Part shown: piece after piece, positions 47,428-57,464 of the stretch
Layout: every line of letters begins with the position of its first letter
Position numbering within the stretch: the stretch's first letter is position 1
Source: a bacterium
GTDB lineage: Bacteria > Planctomycetota > UBA1135 > UBA2386
NCBI GenBank assembly: GCA_024743115.1
Contig: JANSXC010000003.1
Coordinates: forward strand, 52,382-116,381
Direction of reading: 5' to 3'
Length of the DNA stretch: 64,000 nt
Notes under the pieces: model-generated
What the model saw: the letters and a program-made list of their open reading frames with translations, nothing else
The model's database searches: none
What the model was told of the DNA's origin: nothing
Translations under genes and position numbers: made by a program

Positions 47428-48543
47428 TCACAGCGTCCCGAGACGCGCCGCGTAGCCGAACGCCGACACCTCGGTCGCGATGGTCGCGTCCGCATCGGAA
47501 CCGTGCGACACGACGTAGGTGCCGCGGCCCGGCGCGGCCAGCGTGCCGAGCGTGACCGTCTGGGCGTTCGAGAACGCCGCGCCCAGCGAGTTCGCGGCCG
47601 GCGCGAACGCGACGAGCTGGTGGTGCAACGTAACGCCCGCGTAGGCCGCCACGGGCGGCACCACGAACGGCAGACCCGTCAACGCACCCGTACTATCGGC
47701 GAACGTCAGTGTCGTCGCATCGAGGCTCACGAGCAGATCACAGTTCGTGCCCGGGAACGTGAGCGGCAGCGCGCCGAACAGGCTTCTCGTGTTGCTGAGC
47801 CCGAAAGCGACGATCAGCGGCGCATCGGCGCCGAGATTCTGGCCCGTGATGAAGTGGGCTGCCCCCGGCGCCTTCGTGCCTTCGACCCCGATCGTCACGG
47901 GCGGCGTCGAACCGTCGATGCTGCAGCCCTGGCCGAACGAGACCGCCTGACCATCGCTCGGTCCACCCGACGTCGCGACGCCATCGAGGATGGTGTGCGC
48001 GAAGCCGAACATGGAGAAGTTGTTGTTCTCCATCTGCACGTCGAGCACGAGCCAGCCGCCAGCCGGGATCGTCAGCGGCACGTTGACAGTGAACGGGAAC
48101 CGCAAGCTGTCGTTGGGACCACCCCACGGATGCGGTGACGCCGAGCCGGGATCGGGGAAGTAGTTGACGGTGCTGTCGAACACGGTCGTCAACGACGACG
48201 ACAGGTTGTCCGCGAAGCGCGCTGCGGGGGTCGCCACCGTGGTCACGCCGATGCTGATGCGCAGCCGCTGGATGTTGAACGGGCCGGGCGCGCCGACCCG
48301 CGGCAGCGGGCCATCCCAGCGGAACGCGACCTCCGTGGCAGTGAACGTCGAAGCACCGACCTCGGACGCATCGAAGAACATCTGCACGCGGGAGCTGCGT
48401 TGAGCGAACGGACGCAAGCCGAAGTCCGGCAGCTCGAGCGACGGATTGGCCGTCGCGGGCATCTCGAGATAGCTCTGAGCCGTGAGCCCGGCGGTCAGAG
48501 CAGTCGTGAGGAGAACGGGAACGACGAACAGCGGTTTGATCAT
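47428..48543 (-). CDS. secreted protein with shared C-terminal beta-domain
   Basis: Signal peptide ending LTA-Q; SFGQGC; CDLLVS...ADSTG...FVVPP...AGVTLHHQ...ANSLGAAFSNA. Confidence 0.8.
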   Translation of the reverse strand: MIKPLFVVPVLLTTALTAGLTAQSYLEMPATANPSLELPDFGLRPFAQRSSRVQMFFDASEVGASTFTATEVAFRWDGPLPRVGAPGPFNIQRLRISIGVTTVATPAARFADNLSSSLTTVFDSTVNYFPDPGSASPHPWGGPNDSLRFPFTVNVPLTIPAGGWLVLDVQMENNNFSMFGFAHTILDGVATSGGPSDGQAVSFGQGCSIDGSTPPVTIGVEGTKAPGAAHFITGQNLGADAPLIVAFGLSNTRSLFGALPLTFPGTNCDLLVSLDATTLTFADSTGALTGLPFVVPPVAAYAGVTLHHQLVAFAPAANSLGAAFSNAQTVTLGTLAAPGRGTYVVSHGSDADATIATEVSAFGYAARLGTL

Positions 48544-48669
48544 GGCGGATTGGTCGAGGCCTGATCCTCGACGCCCGAACGCTAGCTATCGCGCCGCGCC
48601 GCGTTGTCACCGCCAGGTCATTCCCACGCGCCGATCTGCAGCTTCCGATCACCCGAAGTCATGCGGAGG

Positions 48670-49185
48670 TCACGCAGTCGCCTGCCCGAACAACGGCAGG
48701 CACACGCCCTCGTGATCGAGCAAGCGGCGCTTGCGATCGAGGCCCGCTGCGTAACCGGTCAGCGCACCGCTCCGGCCGATCACGCGGTGGCAGGGCACGA
48801 TGATCGCAATCGGGTTTCGACCGTTCGCGGCACCGACCGCGCGAACTGCGGACGGGCGGCCGATGGCCTGCGCGATGTCCGAGTAGGAGCACGTCTTGCC
48901 GAACGGGACGTCGAGCAACGCGTGCCATACCGCCTGCTGGAACGGCGTACCGCCCGGCTGCAGGTCGAGATCGAACACGCGGCGCCTGCCGGCGAAATAC
49001 TCCGACAACTGCCGCCGGGCCGGCGATCGCAGCCCCTTGCCCCAGATCACTTCTTCGTCGGTCCGCGCCAGCCGGTCCGTGAACGATCGGTCCGCCCCGA
49101 ACTTGACCTCGAGCAGCGCGCCATCGCGTTCGGCGATCATCAGGTCGTCACACGGCGTCGAGAGCACACAGCACTGCAAGGTCAT
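48670..49185 (-). CDS. ogt: methylated-DNA--protein-cysteine S-methyltransferase
   Basis: [29 protein letters not shown] overlap with the upstream gene. Confidence 0.95.
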   Translation of the reverse strand: MTLQCCVLSTPCDDLMIAERDGALLEVKFGADRSFTDRLARTDEEVIWGKGLRSPARRQLSEYFAGRRRVFDLDLQPGGTPFQQAVWHALLDVPFGKTCSYSDIAQAIGRPSAVRAVGAANGRNPIAIIVPCHRVIGRSGALTGYAAGLDRKRRLLDHEGVCLPLFGQATA

Positions 49186-50654
49186 TCCGTTTCCTCCTCT
49201 TCCGGGCGGTCGAGCGACCGCCAGAGATGCCAGCACGCGAAGCTGCGGTAGGGCGCGAACGGTTCGAGCAGCTCACGAGTCTTCGCCGCGTCCGGTCGAA
49301 CCTCGAGCCCGAGCCACGCCTGCAGTCCGCTCGTGAGTCCGGTGTCGCCGATCGGCGCGCAATCGCCGAAGCCGAAGCCACGCATCATCACGTAGTTGCT
49401 CGACCACGGACCGACCCCGCGCTGCGCGAGCAGCTTGCGCTCGGCGTCGACCGCCGAGCCATCCGCCAGATCCGCCAGTGGCAGATCGCCGTCAGCGATC
49501 GCCCGCGAAGTGTCCTGCAGGTACTCGATCTTGCGACCCGAGAACTGCCGCGCGCGCAGAGCACCGACATCGAGGTCCGCCACCATCGCCGGCGTCGGGT
49601 GCAGCACGAGGTCGTCGATCCGCGGGGCCTTGGCCAGCTCGAGCATCGCGCTGCGGCAGCGGAACGCGAGCGCGAGGTTGATCTGCTGACCGATGATCGA
49701 CCAGCAGAACGCCTCGAATGCCGACGCATTCTGCAGCACGCGCAGACCCGGGCGCGGGCCCACGAGCCGACGCTGGTCACGATCGCGTCGCGCCCGGCGT
49801 TCGAACGGCCGCGGGTCCTGGTCGAGTCCGAGCAACCGCAGCGCGGCCACGTGCGCAGCCGCCATCACCGCACGCCGGCCCCCCGGCGCGCGACCGACTC
49901 GGCCGCCGATCGCTACGCGGCATCGTGCGGTTCTGGCGAGTAGCCGCAGACTCAGGACCGCCGGCCGGCCGCCGAGCCAGGCCGCCTTGTGGCATTCCGT
50001 CCCAACCACCTTCTGATCCGGCGCAGAGGGATCCCGACCGAGCTGCCGCAACGTGTCACGATGCCGAAAGTCGACCGGCAACGAGATCGCGAACTCGTTC
50101 GCATCGGCCATCGCGCGATAGGCCCGCGGCGACATCGCCAGGACGTTGCGGAAGTTGTCGTGAAAAACCGACTGACTCGCGAACCCGCTGTCGAGTGCGA
50201 CGTCGAGGAGGCGATCGTCGCCGGCCAGCAGCCTGGCCGCTGCGAACTTCACGCGCGCGCGCTGCAGTGCAATCGCCGGCGTCGTGTGGCCATGACGCCG
50301 AAACAGGTCGTTGAGCCCCGTCGCCCGCAGACCGGCGATGCGACCGAGATCGGCAACCCGCTGGAACGTGCCAGGCTCCGCCTCGAGCCGCTCGCGCAGC
50401 AAACCGTAGAGCGCGGTGTCAGGATCGCCCTCCGCGAAGAAGCGATCGGGCCGACAGCGCTTGCACGGGCGCAGGCCCGCCGCGCGCGCGCCGGCCTCGT
50501 CGTCGAAGAACTGTACGTTCTCGGGGCGCGGCCGCCGCGCCGGACACGACGCGAGGCAGTAGATCCCCGTCGTCGTGACACCGGTCACGAACCGGCCATC
50601 CCACGCCCGATCACGAGCGAGGAATCGGCGCAGGCGTTCGCGTTCGGTTTCCAC
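49182..50654 (-). CDS. alkA: Ada metal-binding/AraC HTH fused to AlkA 3-methyladenine DNA glycosylase
   Basis: [13 protein letters not shown]...[22 protein letters not shown], HhH RGVGPWS, PIGD. Start uncertain (GTG 50654 chosen). Confidence 0.92.
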   Translation of the reverse strand: METERERLRRFLARDRAWDGRFVTGVTTTGIYCLASCPARRPRPENVQFFDDEAGARAAGLRPCKRCRPDRFFAEGDPDTALYGLLRERLEAEPGTFQRVADLGRIAGLRATGLNDLFRRHGHTTPAIALQRARVKFAAARLLAGDDRLLDVALDSGFASQSVFHDNFRNVLAMSPRAYRAMADANEFAISLPVDFRHRDTLRQLGRDPSAPDQKVVGTECHKAAWLGGRPAVLSLRLLARTARCRVAIGGRVGRAPGGRRAVMAAAHVAALRLLGLDQDPRPFERRARRDRDQRRLVGPRPGLRVLQNASAFEAFCWSIIGQQINLALAFRCRSAMLELAKAPRIDDLVLHPTPAMVADLDVGALRARQFSGRKIEYLQDTSRAIADGDLPLADLADGSAVDAERKLLAQRGVGPWSSNYVMMRGFGFGDCAPIGDTGLTSGLQAWLGLEVRPDAAKTRELLEPFAPYRSFACWHLWRSLDRPEEEETE

Positions 50655-50743
50655 GTCAGAAATCGAACCGTGAACCGCACCGCCTGTCGTCCGGAATCCG
50701 CCGCGCAAACACCAGGGCTGCGGCCGACGCCCGGACAGCCCGG

Positions 50744-51940
50744 CTACAGCGCCGCCCAGATCCCGGGGGCGGACCGCAGACCCCCGCCGGTCGCCGGCAG
50801 CACGTAGCCCTGGCAGCCGAAGACTTCACCGAGCAGCCAGGCCGCGTTCGGCCACGTCACTTGCCGCGTCAACCCGGTCGAATTCACCTGGCCAACCGCG
50901 ATCGGAAACAACGGCGCGAGCTCGTCGAGGTAGATCCCCTGCACACCGAACGCCGCGTGCGACCGCGTCAGCTTTCCGAGCAGCAGGAAGCCCGGCGCCG
51001 ACGTGCCTCGCGTCAACGTCGCACGCATTACGCTGCCGGGCGGGCCATAGCTCGTCTCGATCCCGGGAACGTCATCAGTGAACAGCGCCCCGCCCACCTG
51101 AGAGAACGCGTTCGCACCGTTCTTCGGCAGCATGACGAAGCGCGAGCTCAGGAACTGCACGTCGGTGTTGATCGCTTCGAACGCGGCGATCGGCGTGGTC
51201 GTGCTGCCCTGGACCTCGATCCGCGTCGAGCCATCGCCCGCGAGCCGCACAGCGGTGTCGACGAGCCGGATCGCTGGCGCGAGGTTGCCGACGAAACTGC
51301 CGTGCGTGAACTCGAGCGTGCCGCGGACCGCCGTCACGGCGACGCCGACTGCACTGGACCATGCAACGTCATCCGAGACGAGGACCGCATCGCGAGCCTC
51401 GAGGCCGTGCAGTCCACCGAAGCGACTGGCCCGCACGAACAAGCTCGCGACGTTCTGCGCCGAGAGCCCGATGCGCGCGCTGTTCAGCGTGCCGTTGATC
51501 TCGTCGAGCATCACGGTGCCCGAGCAGTTGCGCACCCGGATGCCGCCGAGCGCGCCACCGTTGACCCGCGTGTTCGAGCCGCGGAACAGCAGGTCCTGGC
51601 CGGGCGGCAGGTTCTGGATCGTGACCGCGTGCGTCGCACCGCTCGGAGCATTGATGATCACGCCGCTGCCGAACTGGATCCGCAGCGACTTGTCGACCAC
51701 GAACCCGGTGTAGGTTCCCGCTCGCACCTCCAGCACCGAGCCCGGTGCGGCGGCCGTCACCGCAGCTTGCAGGCTCAGGAAGTTGGGATTGCTACCGCCA
51801 ACGGTCACGAGCGGACGCTGCGCGATCGCCACCCCCTGGCTACCGACGGCGAGCGCCACGCCCCACGACAGCCGCGCGGCGCGTGCCGCACCGGACCAGC
51901 ACCGGCGTCGCGTGGGTTGTTGTTCGATGATTGAGTGCAT
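50744..51940 (-). CDS. secreted beta-helix-like protein with shared C-terminal beta-domain
   Basis: Signal peptide ending AIA-Q; FLSLQAAVTAAAPGSVLEVRAGTY (pectin-lyase-like cap); C-terminal WPNAAWLLGEVFGCQGYV. Start uncertain. Confidence 0.7.
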   Translation of the reverse strand: MHSIIEQQPTRRRCWSGAARAARLSWGVALAVGSQGVAIAQRPLVTVGGSNPNFLSLQAAVTAAAPGSVLEVRAGTYTGFVVDKSLRIQFGSGVIINAPSGATHAVTIQNLPPGQDLLFRGSNTRVNGGALGGIRVRNCSGTVMLDEINGTLNSARIGLSAQNVASLFVRASRFGGLHGLEARDAVLVSDDVAWSSAVGVAVTAVRGTLEFTHGSFVGNLAPAIRLVDTAVRLAGDGSTRIEVQGSTTTPIAAFEAINTDVQFLSSRFVMLPKNGANAFSQVGGALFTDDVPGIETSYGPPGSVMRATLTRGTSAPGFLLLGKLTRSHAAFGVQGIYLDELAPLFPIAVGQVNSTGLTRQVTWPNAAWLLGEVFGCQGYVLPATGGGLRSAPGIWAAL

Positions 51941-52134
51941 TGGCGAGTCTCTTCTGCTCGACCGCGAGCGCACGCCGGAGCCCATCGCCAGGTCACGCCG
52001 TGTGCGGATCCGTCTTCCTGAGTCCTTCCTGACTCCTGATGCTTCGCAGCCGGTACCGGCGCCGCGGGGGATCGGCGCCAGATCGGGCGAAATAGGATAG
52101 CGCGAAGAGTCGGCCAATCGAACCCCGAACGGGC

Positions 52135-52163
52135 TTGACGCGCGACTCGGCCGGCCGGATGCT
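52135..52163 (+). promoter_or_regulatory. sigma70-type promoter for the lysine operon leader
   Basis: TTGACG-N17-GATGCT, ending about 11 nt before the riboswitch P1. Confidence 0.6.
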
Positions 52164-52174
52164 CGCGCCAACTG

Positions 52175-52343
52175 CTGGAGGAGCGGTCGCGATCAGTAGT
52201 TGCAGCAAGGGCGTCGGCCCGTGGACCTGCAACGAAAGGCGACGACCGCCGAAGCAGCGAACCCGACGTGCGGGTTCGTTGTTGGCTGCCGAGGCTAATA
52301 CCTCGGTGGTTGTCGTGTCGGTCTCGCCGATACGGAGCGCCAG
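52175..52343 (+). ncRNA. lysine riboswitch (L-box)
   Basis: CTGGAGGAGC...AGTA...GAAAGG...GCCGAA; P3 GCAGCGAACCC/GGGTTCGTTGT; P4 CCGAGG-CTAATA-CCTCGG; P5 GTGTCGG/CCGATAC; GGAGCGCCAG; complementary loops CGTCG/CGACG; lies upstream of the lysC/dap genes. Confidence 0.9.
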
Positions 52344-52467
52344 ACGCGGAGCGCGCCCTGTCACAGGGAGCGAGTCGTGAGTGGTTCCTCTGGTGGCCAT
52401 CGATCCATTTGGCTGACCGAATCGACCCGCGCGAGGTTGCGCGGGACCGACCGCGAGGACCACCGAC

Positions 52468-53592
52468 GTGACGACCGACGACTCCACCACTCCCGCTCCC
52501 GACCACGCCCGCAGCCGTGGCCGCAACGCAGCTGCCCCACTCCCGAACGCCGGCTGGCTACTCGATCGCACCGAAGCTCTGTGCCGCGCCGACACGACGA
52601 CGGGTCGCGAAGACCACGGACTCCCGGCGCTGCGTTCGCTGCTGCGTGAACTCGGTGCGCGGGTCGAACTTCAGGAGGTCGCGCCAGGGCGTCACAACGT
52701 GCTCGCGAACTGGGGCCGACCACTGCTGCTGTTCTCGACGCACCTGGACACCGTGCCGCCGTTCCTGCCGCCACGCCGCCAGGGTGACGTGCTGCACGGC
52801 CGCGGCACGTGTGACGCCAAGGGCCAGATCGTCGCGCAACTCGGCGCCATCGGGGCACTGCTCGCGCGCGGCCACGACGGCTTCGCCTGGCTCGGGGTCG
52901 TCGGCGAAGAAACCGACAGCGTCGGGGCAGCGGCGGCGGCCGTGGAGTTCGCGACGCGATTGCGGGACTGCCGTGGCCTCGTCAACGGCGAACCGACGGA
53001 GAATCTGCTCGCGAGCGGTCAGCGCGGCTCGATGCAGGTGCGGATCGCGACCAAGGGCGTCGCGGCCCACAGCGGCACTCCCGAGCTCGGGCGCTCCGCG
53101 ATCTGGCCGCTGCTCGATTGGGTGCAGCAACTGCGCGAACTGCCCGAGCGCGACGATCCGGAGTTCGGGCGCGAGATCTGGAACCTCGGTCTGCTCAGCG
53201 GCGGCCAGGCACCGAACGTCATCCCCGATCGCGCGGAAGCGACGCTGTTTGCGCGCACACTGCCGGACTCGGAGTTTCTCGACCACGTGCGACGGCTCGC
53301 ACCGGCCGTCGGCGAGGTTGGTGAGGTCGCGTTCACGAAACCCGAGAAGTTCGCGCACCTGCCAGGCTTCGAACACGCTCCGGTGACGTTCGGCAGCGAC
53401 GCGCCGCGCCTGCGGGCGCTCGTGCCCGACGGACTCGTGACGATGTGCGGCCCCGGCAGCATTCGGGTTGCGCACACGCTCGACGAACACATCACGGGGC
53501 CGGAACTCGTGCGCGGCACCGAACTGCTCATCGCGATGGCCGAGTGCATGCTCTCGGGCATCGCGGGATCGCCAGGGGAGGCAACGCGATGA
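52468..53592 (+). CDS. M20 (ArgE/DapE-like) metallo-deacylase, probable succinyl-diaminopimelate desuccinylase
   Basis: STHLDTVPP, HGRGTCDAKG, VGEE, NGEPT, AHSG.PE.G, AHTLDE; first gene of the dap operon. Confidence 0.85.
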   Translation: MTTDDSTTPAPDHARSRGRNAAAPLPNAGWLLDRTEALCRADTTTGREDHGLPALRSLLRELGARVELQEVAPGRHNVLANWGRPLLLFSTHLDTVPPFLPPRRQGDVLHGRGTCDAKGQIVAQLGAIGALLARGHDGFAWLGVVGEETDSVGAAAAAVEFATRLRDCRGLVNGEPTENLLASGQRGSMQVRIATKGVAAHSGTPELGRSAIWPLLDWVQQLRELPERDDPEFGREIWNLGLLSGGQAPNVIPDRAEATLFARTLPDSEFLDHVRRLAPAVGEVGEVAFTKPEKFAHLPGFEHAPVTFGSDAPRLRALVPDGLVTMCGPGSIRVAHTLDEHITGPELVRGTELLIAMAECMLSGIAGSPGEATR

Positions 53593-54980
53593 TCGTGATG
53601 AAGTTCGGCGGTTCGTCGCTCGCCGATGTCGAACGCCTTCGCGCCGCCGTCGCGCTCGTCCTCGCCGCGAAGGGCCGCACGCCCTGCATCGTGCTGTCCG
53701 CGATGGCGAACACGACCGACGCGCTGCTCGCCGCCGCCGGGGCCGCGGAACAGAACGAAGCCGACGCGCTGAACCGCGCCGCGGCACCGTTCCGACATGC
53801 GCGCGAAGTCGCGGCAGCGGCACTCAGCGACTCGCAAGCGGTTCAGGCGCTCGTCGCGAAGCTCGAAGAGGAAGTGCTCGTGCTGCTGCGCGGTGTCGCG
53901 CTGTTGCGCGAACTCACCGCCAGGACGAGTGACGCGATCGTCGCGCACGGCGAACGCGTCGCGACTGCGCTGTTCACCGCGATGCTGCAGGATCACGGCC
54001 TCGACGTCACGGAACTCGATGCGCGCGAGGTGGTGCGCACCGACGATCGCTTCGGCCGCGCCAGACCAGACTTCCCGACGATCTGCGAACTCGCCGATCG
54101 CCGCATCAACCGGTCCACCCGCGCCGGCCGGATCGTCGTGACCCAAGGCTACGTCGGCGCGACGGCCCAGGGCTTCACGACCACGCTCGGGCGCGGTGGC
54201 AGCGACTGGTCAGCCGCACTTCTCGCAGCAGCCCTCGGTGCCGAAGAACTGCAGATCTGGACCGACGTCGAGGGTGTGCTGTCGGCCGATCCGCGCACGG
54301 TGGCAGCGGCGCGGCCGGTGCCCGTGCTCAGCGCAGCCGAGGCCGCCGAACTCGCGGCGTTCGGCGCCCGCGTGCTCCACCCCGCGACGATCCAGCCCGC
54401 GATCGAGGCCGGCATCGCCGTGACCGTGAGACACACGCTCAAGCCGCACGGCCAGTTCACCACGATCGACCCGCGCCGCCGGCACGACCGCCGAGGCGTC
54501 GCGGCGCTCGCCCACCGCGGCCCGGTCATCGTCCTGACGATGACGAGCACGCGCATGCTCGCGAGCGCCGGTTACCTCGCGAGGCTGTTCGAGGTGTTCG
54601 GCCGGCTCGACATCTGCGTCGATCTCGTCGTCACAGCGGAAGTGTCGGTCGCCTGCACGGTCGAGCCCGACGCTCCGCTCGAGCAGCTCGTTCGCGCGCT
54701 CGAGGGACTGGCGAGGGTCGAGATCGCCCGCGACTGCGCGATTGTGGCAGCCGTGGGCGAAGGCCTGCAACAGACCCCGGGAACCGTCGAACGCGCCTGT
54801 CGCGCGCTGCATCCAATCACGCCGCAACTCGTCGGCATGGGTGGCAACGCGCGCAACATGTCGCTCGTCGTGAAGCAATCCGAAGTCGACGAAGCGATGC
54901 GCCGACTGCACGCGGAGTTCTTCTCGCCGCCAGCCGGTGCGGCCAACAGCGATCAGATCGCGGAGGGTGCCACATCATGA
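53589..54980 (+). CDS. lysC: aspartate kinase
   Basis: MKFGGSS, VLSAM, TTLGRGGSD, WTDVEGV.SADPR, two ACT domains. ATGA overlap. Confidence 0.95.
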   Translation: MIVMKFGGSSLADVERLRAAVALVLAAKGRTPCIVLSAMANTTDALLAAAGAAEQNEADALNRAAAPFRHAREVAAAALSDSQAVQALVAKLEEEVLVLLRGVALLRELTARTSDAIVAHGERVATALFTAMLQDHGLDVTELDAREVVRTDDRFGRARPDFPTICELADRRINRSTRAGRIVVTQGYVGATAQGFTTTLGRGGSDWSAALLAAALGAEELQIWTDVEGVLSADPRTVAAARPVPVLSAAEAAELAAFGARVLHPATIQPAIEAGIAVTVRHTLKPHGQFTTIDPRRRHDRRGVAALAHRGPVIVLTMTSTRMLASAGYLARLFEVFGRLDICVDLVVTAEVSVACTVEPDAPLEQLVRALEGLARVEIARDCAIVAAVGEGLQQTPGTVERACRALHPITPQLVGMGGNARNMSLVVKQSEVDEAMRRLHAEFFSPPAGAANSDQIAEGATS

Positions 54981-55711
54981 CCAATCTCAGAATCGGCCTG
55001 TTCGGCAAAGGTCGGCTCGGTGCCGCGATCGCAGAACGTGCCGGCGACGCAATCGCATGGCAGGTGACGCGCGACCAGCCACCGGACGGAGTGGTCGATG
55101 TCGCCATCGAGGCATCCGCTGGTGCGGCAGTCGAGCAGCGCATCGAGTGGGCGCTCGCGACGTCTACGCCACTCGTGATCGGCAGCACGGGCTGGGATCT
55201 GCCCGATCTCGCGACACGGATCGGTGACCGCATCGGCGTAGTCACGGCACCGAACTTCTCGCTCGGGATCGCGCTGCTCCGGCGGTTCTCGCTCGTGCTC
55301 GCGCGCTTCTGCAATCTCGATACGAGCCGCGACCCCTACCTCGTCGAACATCACCACGCCAGGAAGCACGACGCACCGTCGGGCACAGCGAAGCTGCTCG
55401 CGGACACGATGCTCGCGGGCTGCGAGCGCAAGGCCCGCTGGGCGATGGGCGGCCCGCTCGAGTCCGACACGCTCAGCGTCGCCTCGATCCGAGCCGGCTC
55501 GACCTACAGCGATCACATCATCGGCGTCGACGCGCCGGCGGAGGTGATCGAACTGAAACACCACGCCCGCAGCGCGGCGGCGTTCGCCGATGGCGCAATC
55601 GCGGCTGCCAAGTGGATTCGTGACAAGTCTGGGGTGCATACGATGGATGACGTCGCGCGCGCGGTGCTCGACCCGCTGTTCGCCGATCAGACTCGAGGAG
55701 GTGCATCATGA
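54977..55711 (+). CDS. dapB: 4-hydroxy-tetrahydrodipicolinate reductase
   Basis: GKGRLG, VIGSTG, APNFSLG, EHHHARKHDAPSGTA, FADGAI.AA.W. Confidence 0.93.
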   Translation: MTNLRIGLFGKGRLGAAIAERAGDAIAWQVTRDQPPDGVVDVAIEASAGAAVEQRIEWALATSTPLVIGSTGWDLPDLATRIGDRIGVVTAPNFSLGIALLRRFSLVLARFCNLDTSRDPYLVEHHHARKHDAPSGTAKLLADTMLAGCERKARWAMGGPLESDTLSVASIRAGSTYSDHIIGVDAPAEVIELKHHARSAAAFADGAIAAAKWIRDKSGVHTMDDVARAVLDPLFADQTRGGAS

Positions 55712-56604
55712 CCACGTTGCGCCTGTCCGGCCTCGGTGTCGCCCTCGCGACGCCGCTCCTGCCCGATGGTGAACTCGACCTGCCCGGGATCGATCGCCTC
55801 ACCCGCCACGTCGCCACGAACGGCGCGGACTTCCTCGTCGCGCTCGGGTCGACCGGCGAAGCCGCGACACTCGATGACGACGAGCGCGACCGTGTCCTCA
55901 AAACGATCCTGGCGGCGAGCCGTGAACTGCCCGTCATCGTCGGGCTCGGCGGCGGCGCCACCCGCGCGACCATCCGCGCGGCGGAGCACGCGCTCGGACT
56001 CGGTGTTCAAGGCGCGCTCGTGGTCGTTCCGCCATACACCAAACCGACGCAACCGGGCCTCGCTGCCCACTTCGAAGCCGTCGCGGCGGCCACGCCGGAG
56101 CTGCCGCTCGTGCTCTACAACGTTCCGAGTCGCACCGGCGCCAACCTCGCTCCGGCGACGCTGCAGAGACTCTGGGAACGGCAGAACATCGTCGCGATCA
56201 AGGAGTCATCGGGCGACCTGGCGCAGATCACACGCATCGCCAACGACCTGCCGGCCGGCAAGACGTTGCTCGCTGGTGACGATGCATTGGCACTGGCGAC
56301 GATCGCGGTCGGCGGCCACGGCCTGGTCTCGGTGGCGGGCAACCTCGTCCCCGGCCGCATGCAAGATCTCGTCTCGACCGCGCTGAGCAACGACTTCGTC
56401 GCCGCGCGCGATCAACTCGGCGCGCTCTTGCCGCTATTCGACGCGCTCACGCTCGAACCCAACCCGATCCCGGTCAAGACGGCGCTCGAGCTGCTCGGTC
56501 TCGCGGGGCCAACCCTGCGACTGCCACTGCAGAACGGCAACGTCGCCACTCGCGAGGCGCTGCGACGCGCACTCGCCCACCAGCGTGAGGTCATCCATGG
56601 CTGA
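55708..56604 (+). CDS. dapA: 4-hydroxy-tetrahydrodipicolinate synthase
   Basis: ALATP, GSTGE, LYNVPSRT, IKES, EPNPIPVK. Confidence 0.95.
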   Translation: MTTLRLSGLGVALATPLLPDGELDLPGIDRLTRHVATNGADFLVALGSTGEAATLDDDERDRVLKTILAASRELPVIVGLGGGATRATIRAAEHALGLGVQGALVVVPPYTKPTQPGLAAHFEAVAAATPELPLVLYNVPSRTGANLAPATLQRLWERQNIVAIKESSGDLAQITRIANDLPAGKTLLAGDDALALATIAVGGHGLVSVAGNLVPGRMQDLVSTALSNDFVAARDQLGALLPLFDALTLEPNPIPVKTALELLGLAGPTLRLPLQNGNVATREALRRALAHQREVIHG

Positions 56605-57412
56605 GTCCGAACTGTTCGATTTCTTCTCCCGCGGCGACGACGAGCTGCTCGCGGATCCCAACTGGCCAACCGCCCACGAAGCGCTGCTGACAGGCCTCGA
56701 GTCCGGCGCACTCCGGGCCGCCGCGCGTGATGCAGACGGCAACTGGCACGCCAACACCTGGGTCAAGCGCGCGATCCTCCTCGGCTTCCGGCGCACGGAA
56801 CTCGCGACCATCCCGGCCGAGCCGGCACCGTTCTTCGATCGCACGGCGTATCCCGCGCGCCGGTTCGAGCTCGACGATGCCGTTCGCATGGTGCCCGGCG
56901 GCAGCGCGGTCCGGCGCGGCGCCTACGTCGCGGAGGGGGTCGTTATCATGCCGCCCGCCTACGTCAACGTCGGCGCATGGGTCGGCGGCGGCACGATGGT
57001 CGACAGCCACGCGCTCGTCGGCTCGTGCGCCCAGGTCGGCGAGAACGTCCATGTCTCCGCGGGCGCGCAGATCGGCGGCGTTCTCGAACCGGCCAACCAA
57101 AGCCCGGTCGTCATCGAGGACGGCGCGTTCCTCGGCGGCCTCACGGGTGTGTTCGAAGGTGTCGTGGTCCGCGAACACGCGGTGCTCGCGGCCGGCGTGA
57201 TCCTTACGGCAGCAACCGTGGTGCACGATCTCGTCGACGGCACGACCCACCGTGGCGAAGTTCCGATCGGCGCCGTGGTGATCCCCGGCACCCGACCGGC
57301 GAAGGGCGCCTACGCCGCAAACCACGGCCTGCAGATCACCGCCCCCCTGATCGTGAAGTACCGCGACGGCAGCACGGACGCCGCGACTGCGCTCGAGAGC
57401 GCGCTGCGCTGA
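56597..57412 (+). CDS. dapD: tetrahydrodipicolinate N-succinyltransferase
   Basis: WVKRAILLGF, RMVPGG..VRRGAY, YVNVGA, MVDSHALVGSCAQVG, IGGVLEP. Confidence 0.95.
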   Translation: MAESELFDFFSRGDDELLADPNWPTAHEALLTGLESGALRAAARDADGNWHANTWVKRAILLGFRRTELATIPAEPAPFFDRTAYPARRFELDDAVRMVPGGSAVRRGAYVAEGVVIMPPAYVNVGAWVGGGTMVDSHALVGSCAQVGENVHVSAGAQIGGVLEPANQSPVVIEDGAFLGGLTGVFEGVVVREHAVLAAGVILTAATVVHDLVDGTTHRGEVPIGAVVIPGTRPAKGAYAANHGLQITAPLIVKYRDGSTDAATALESALR

Positions 57413-57464
57413 GCGCCAGCGACGCCTTCGGCGGCCGGAGTGGGCTGCGAACGGGACGGGCCGC

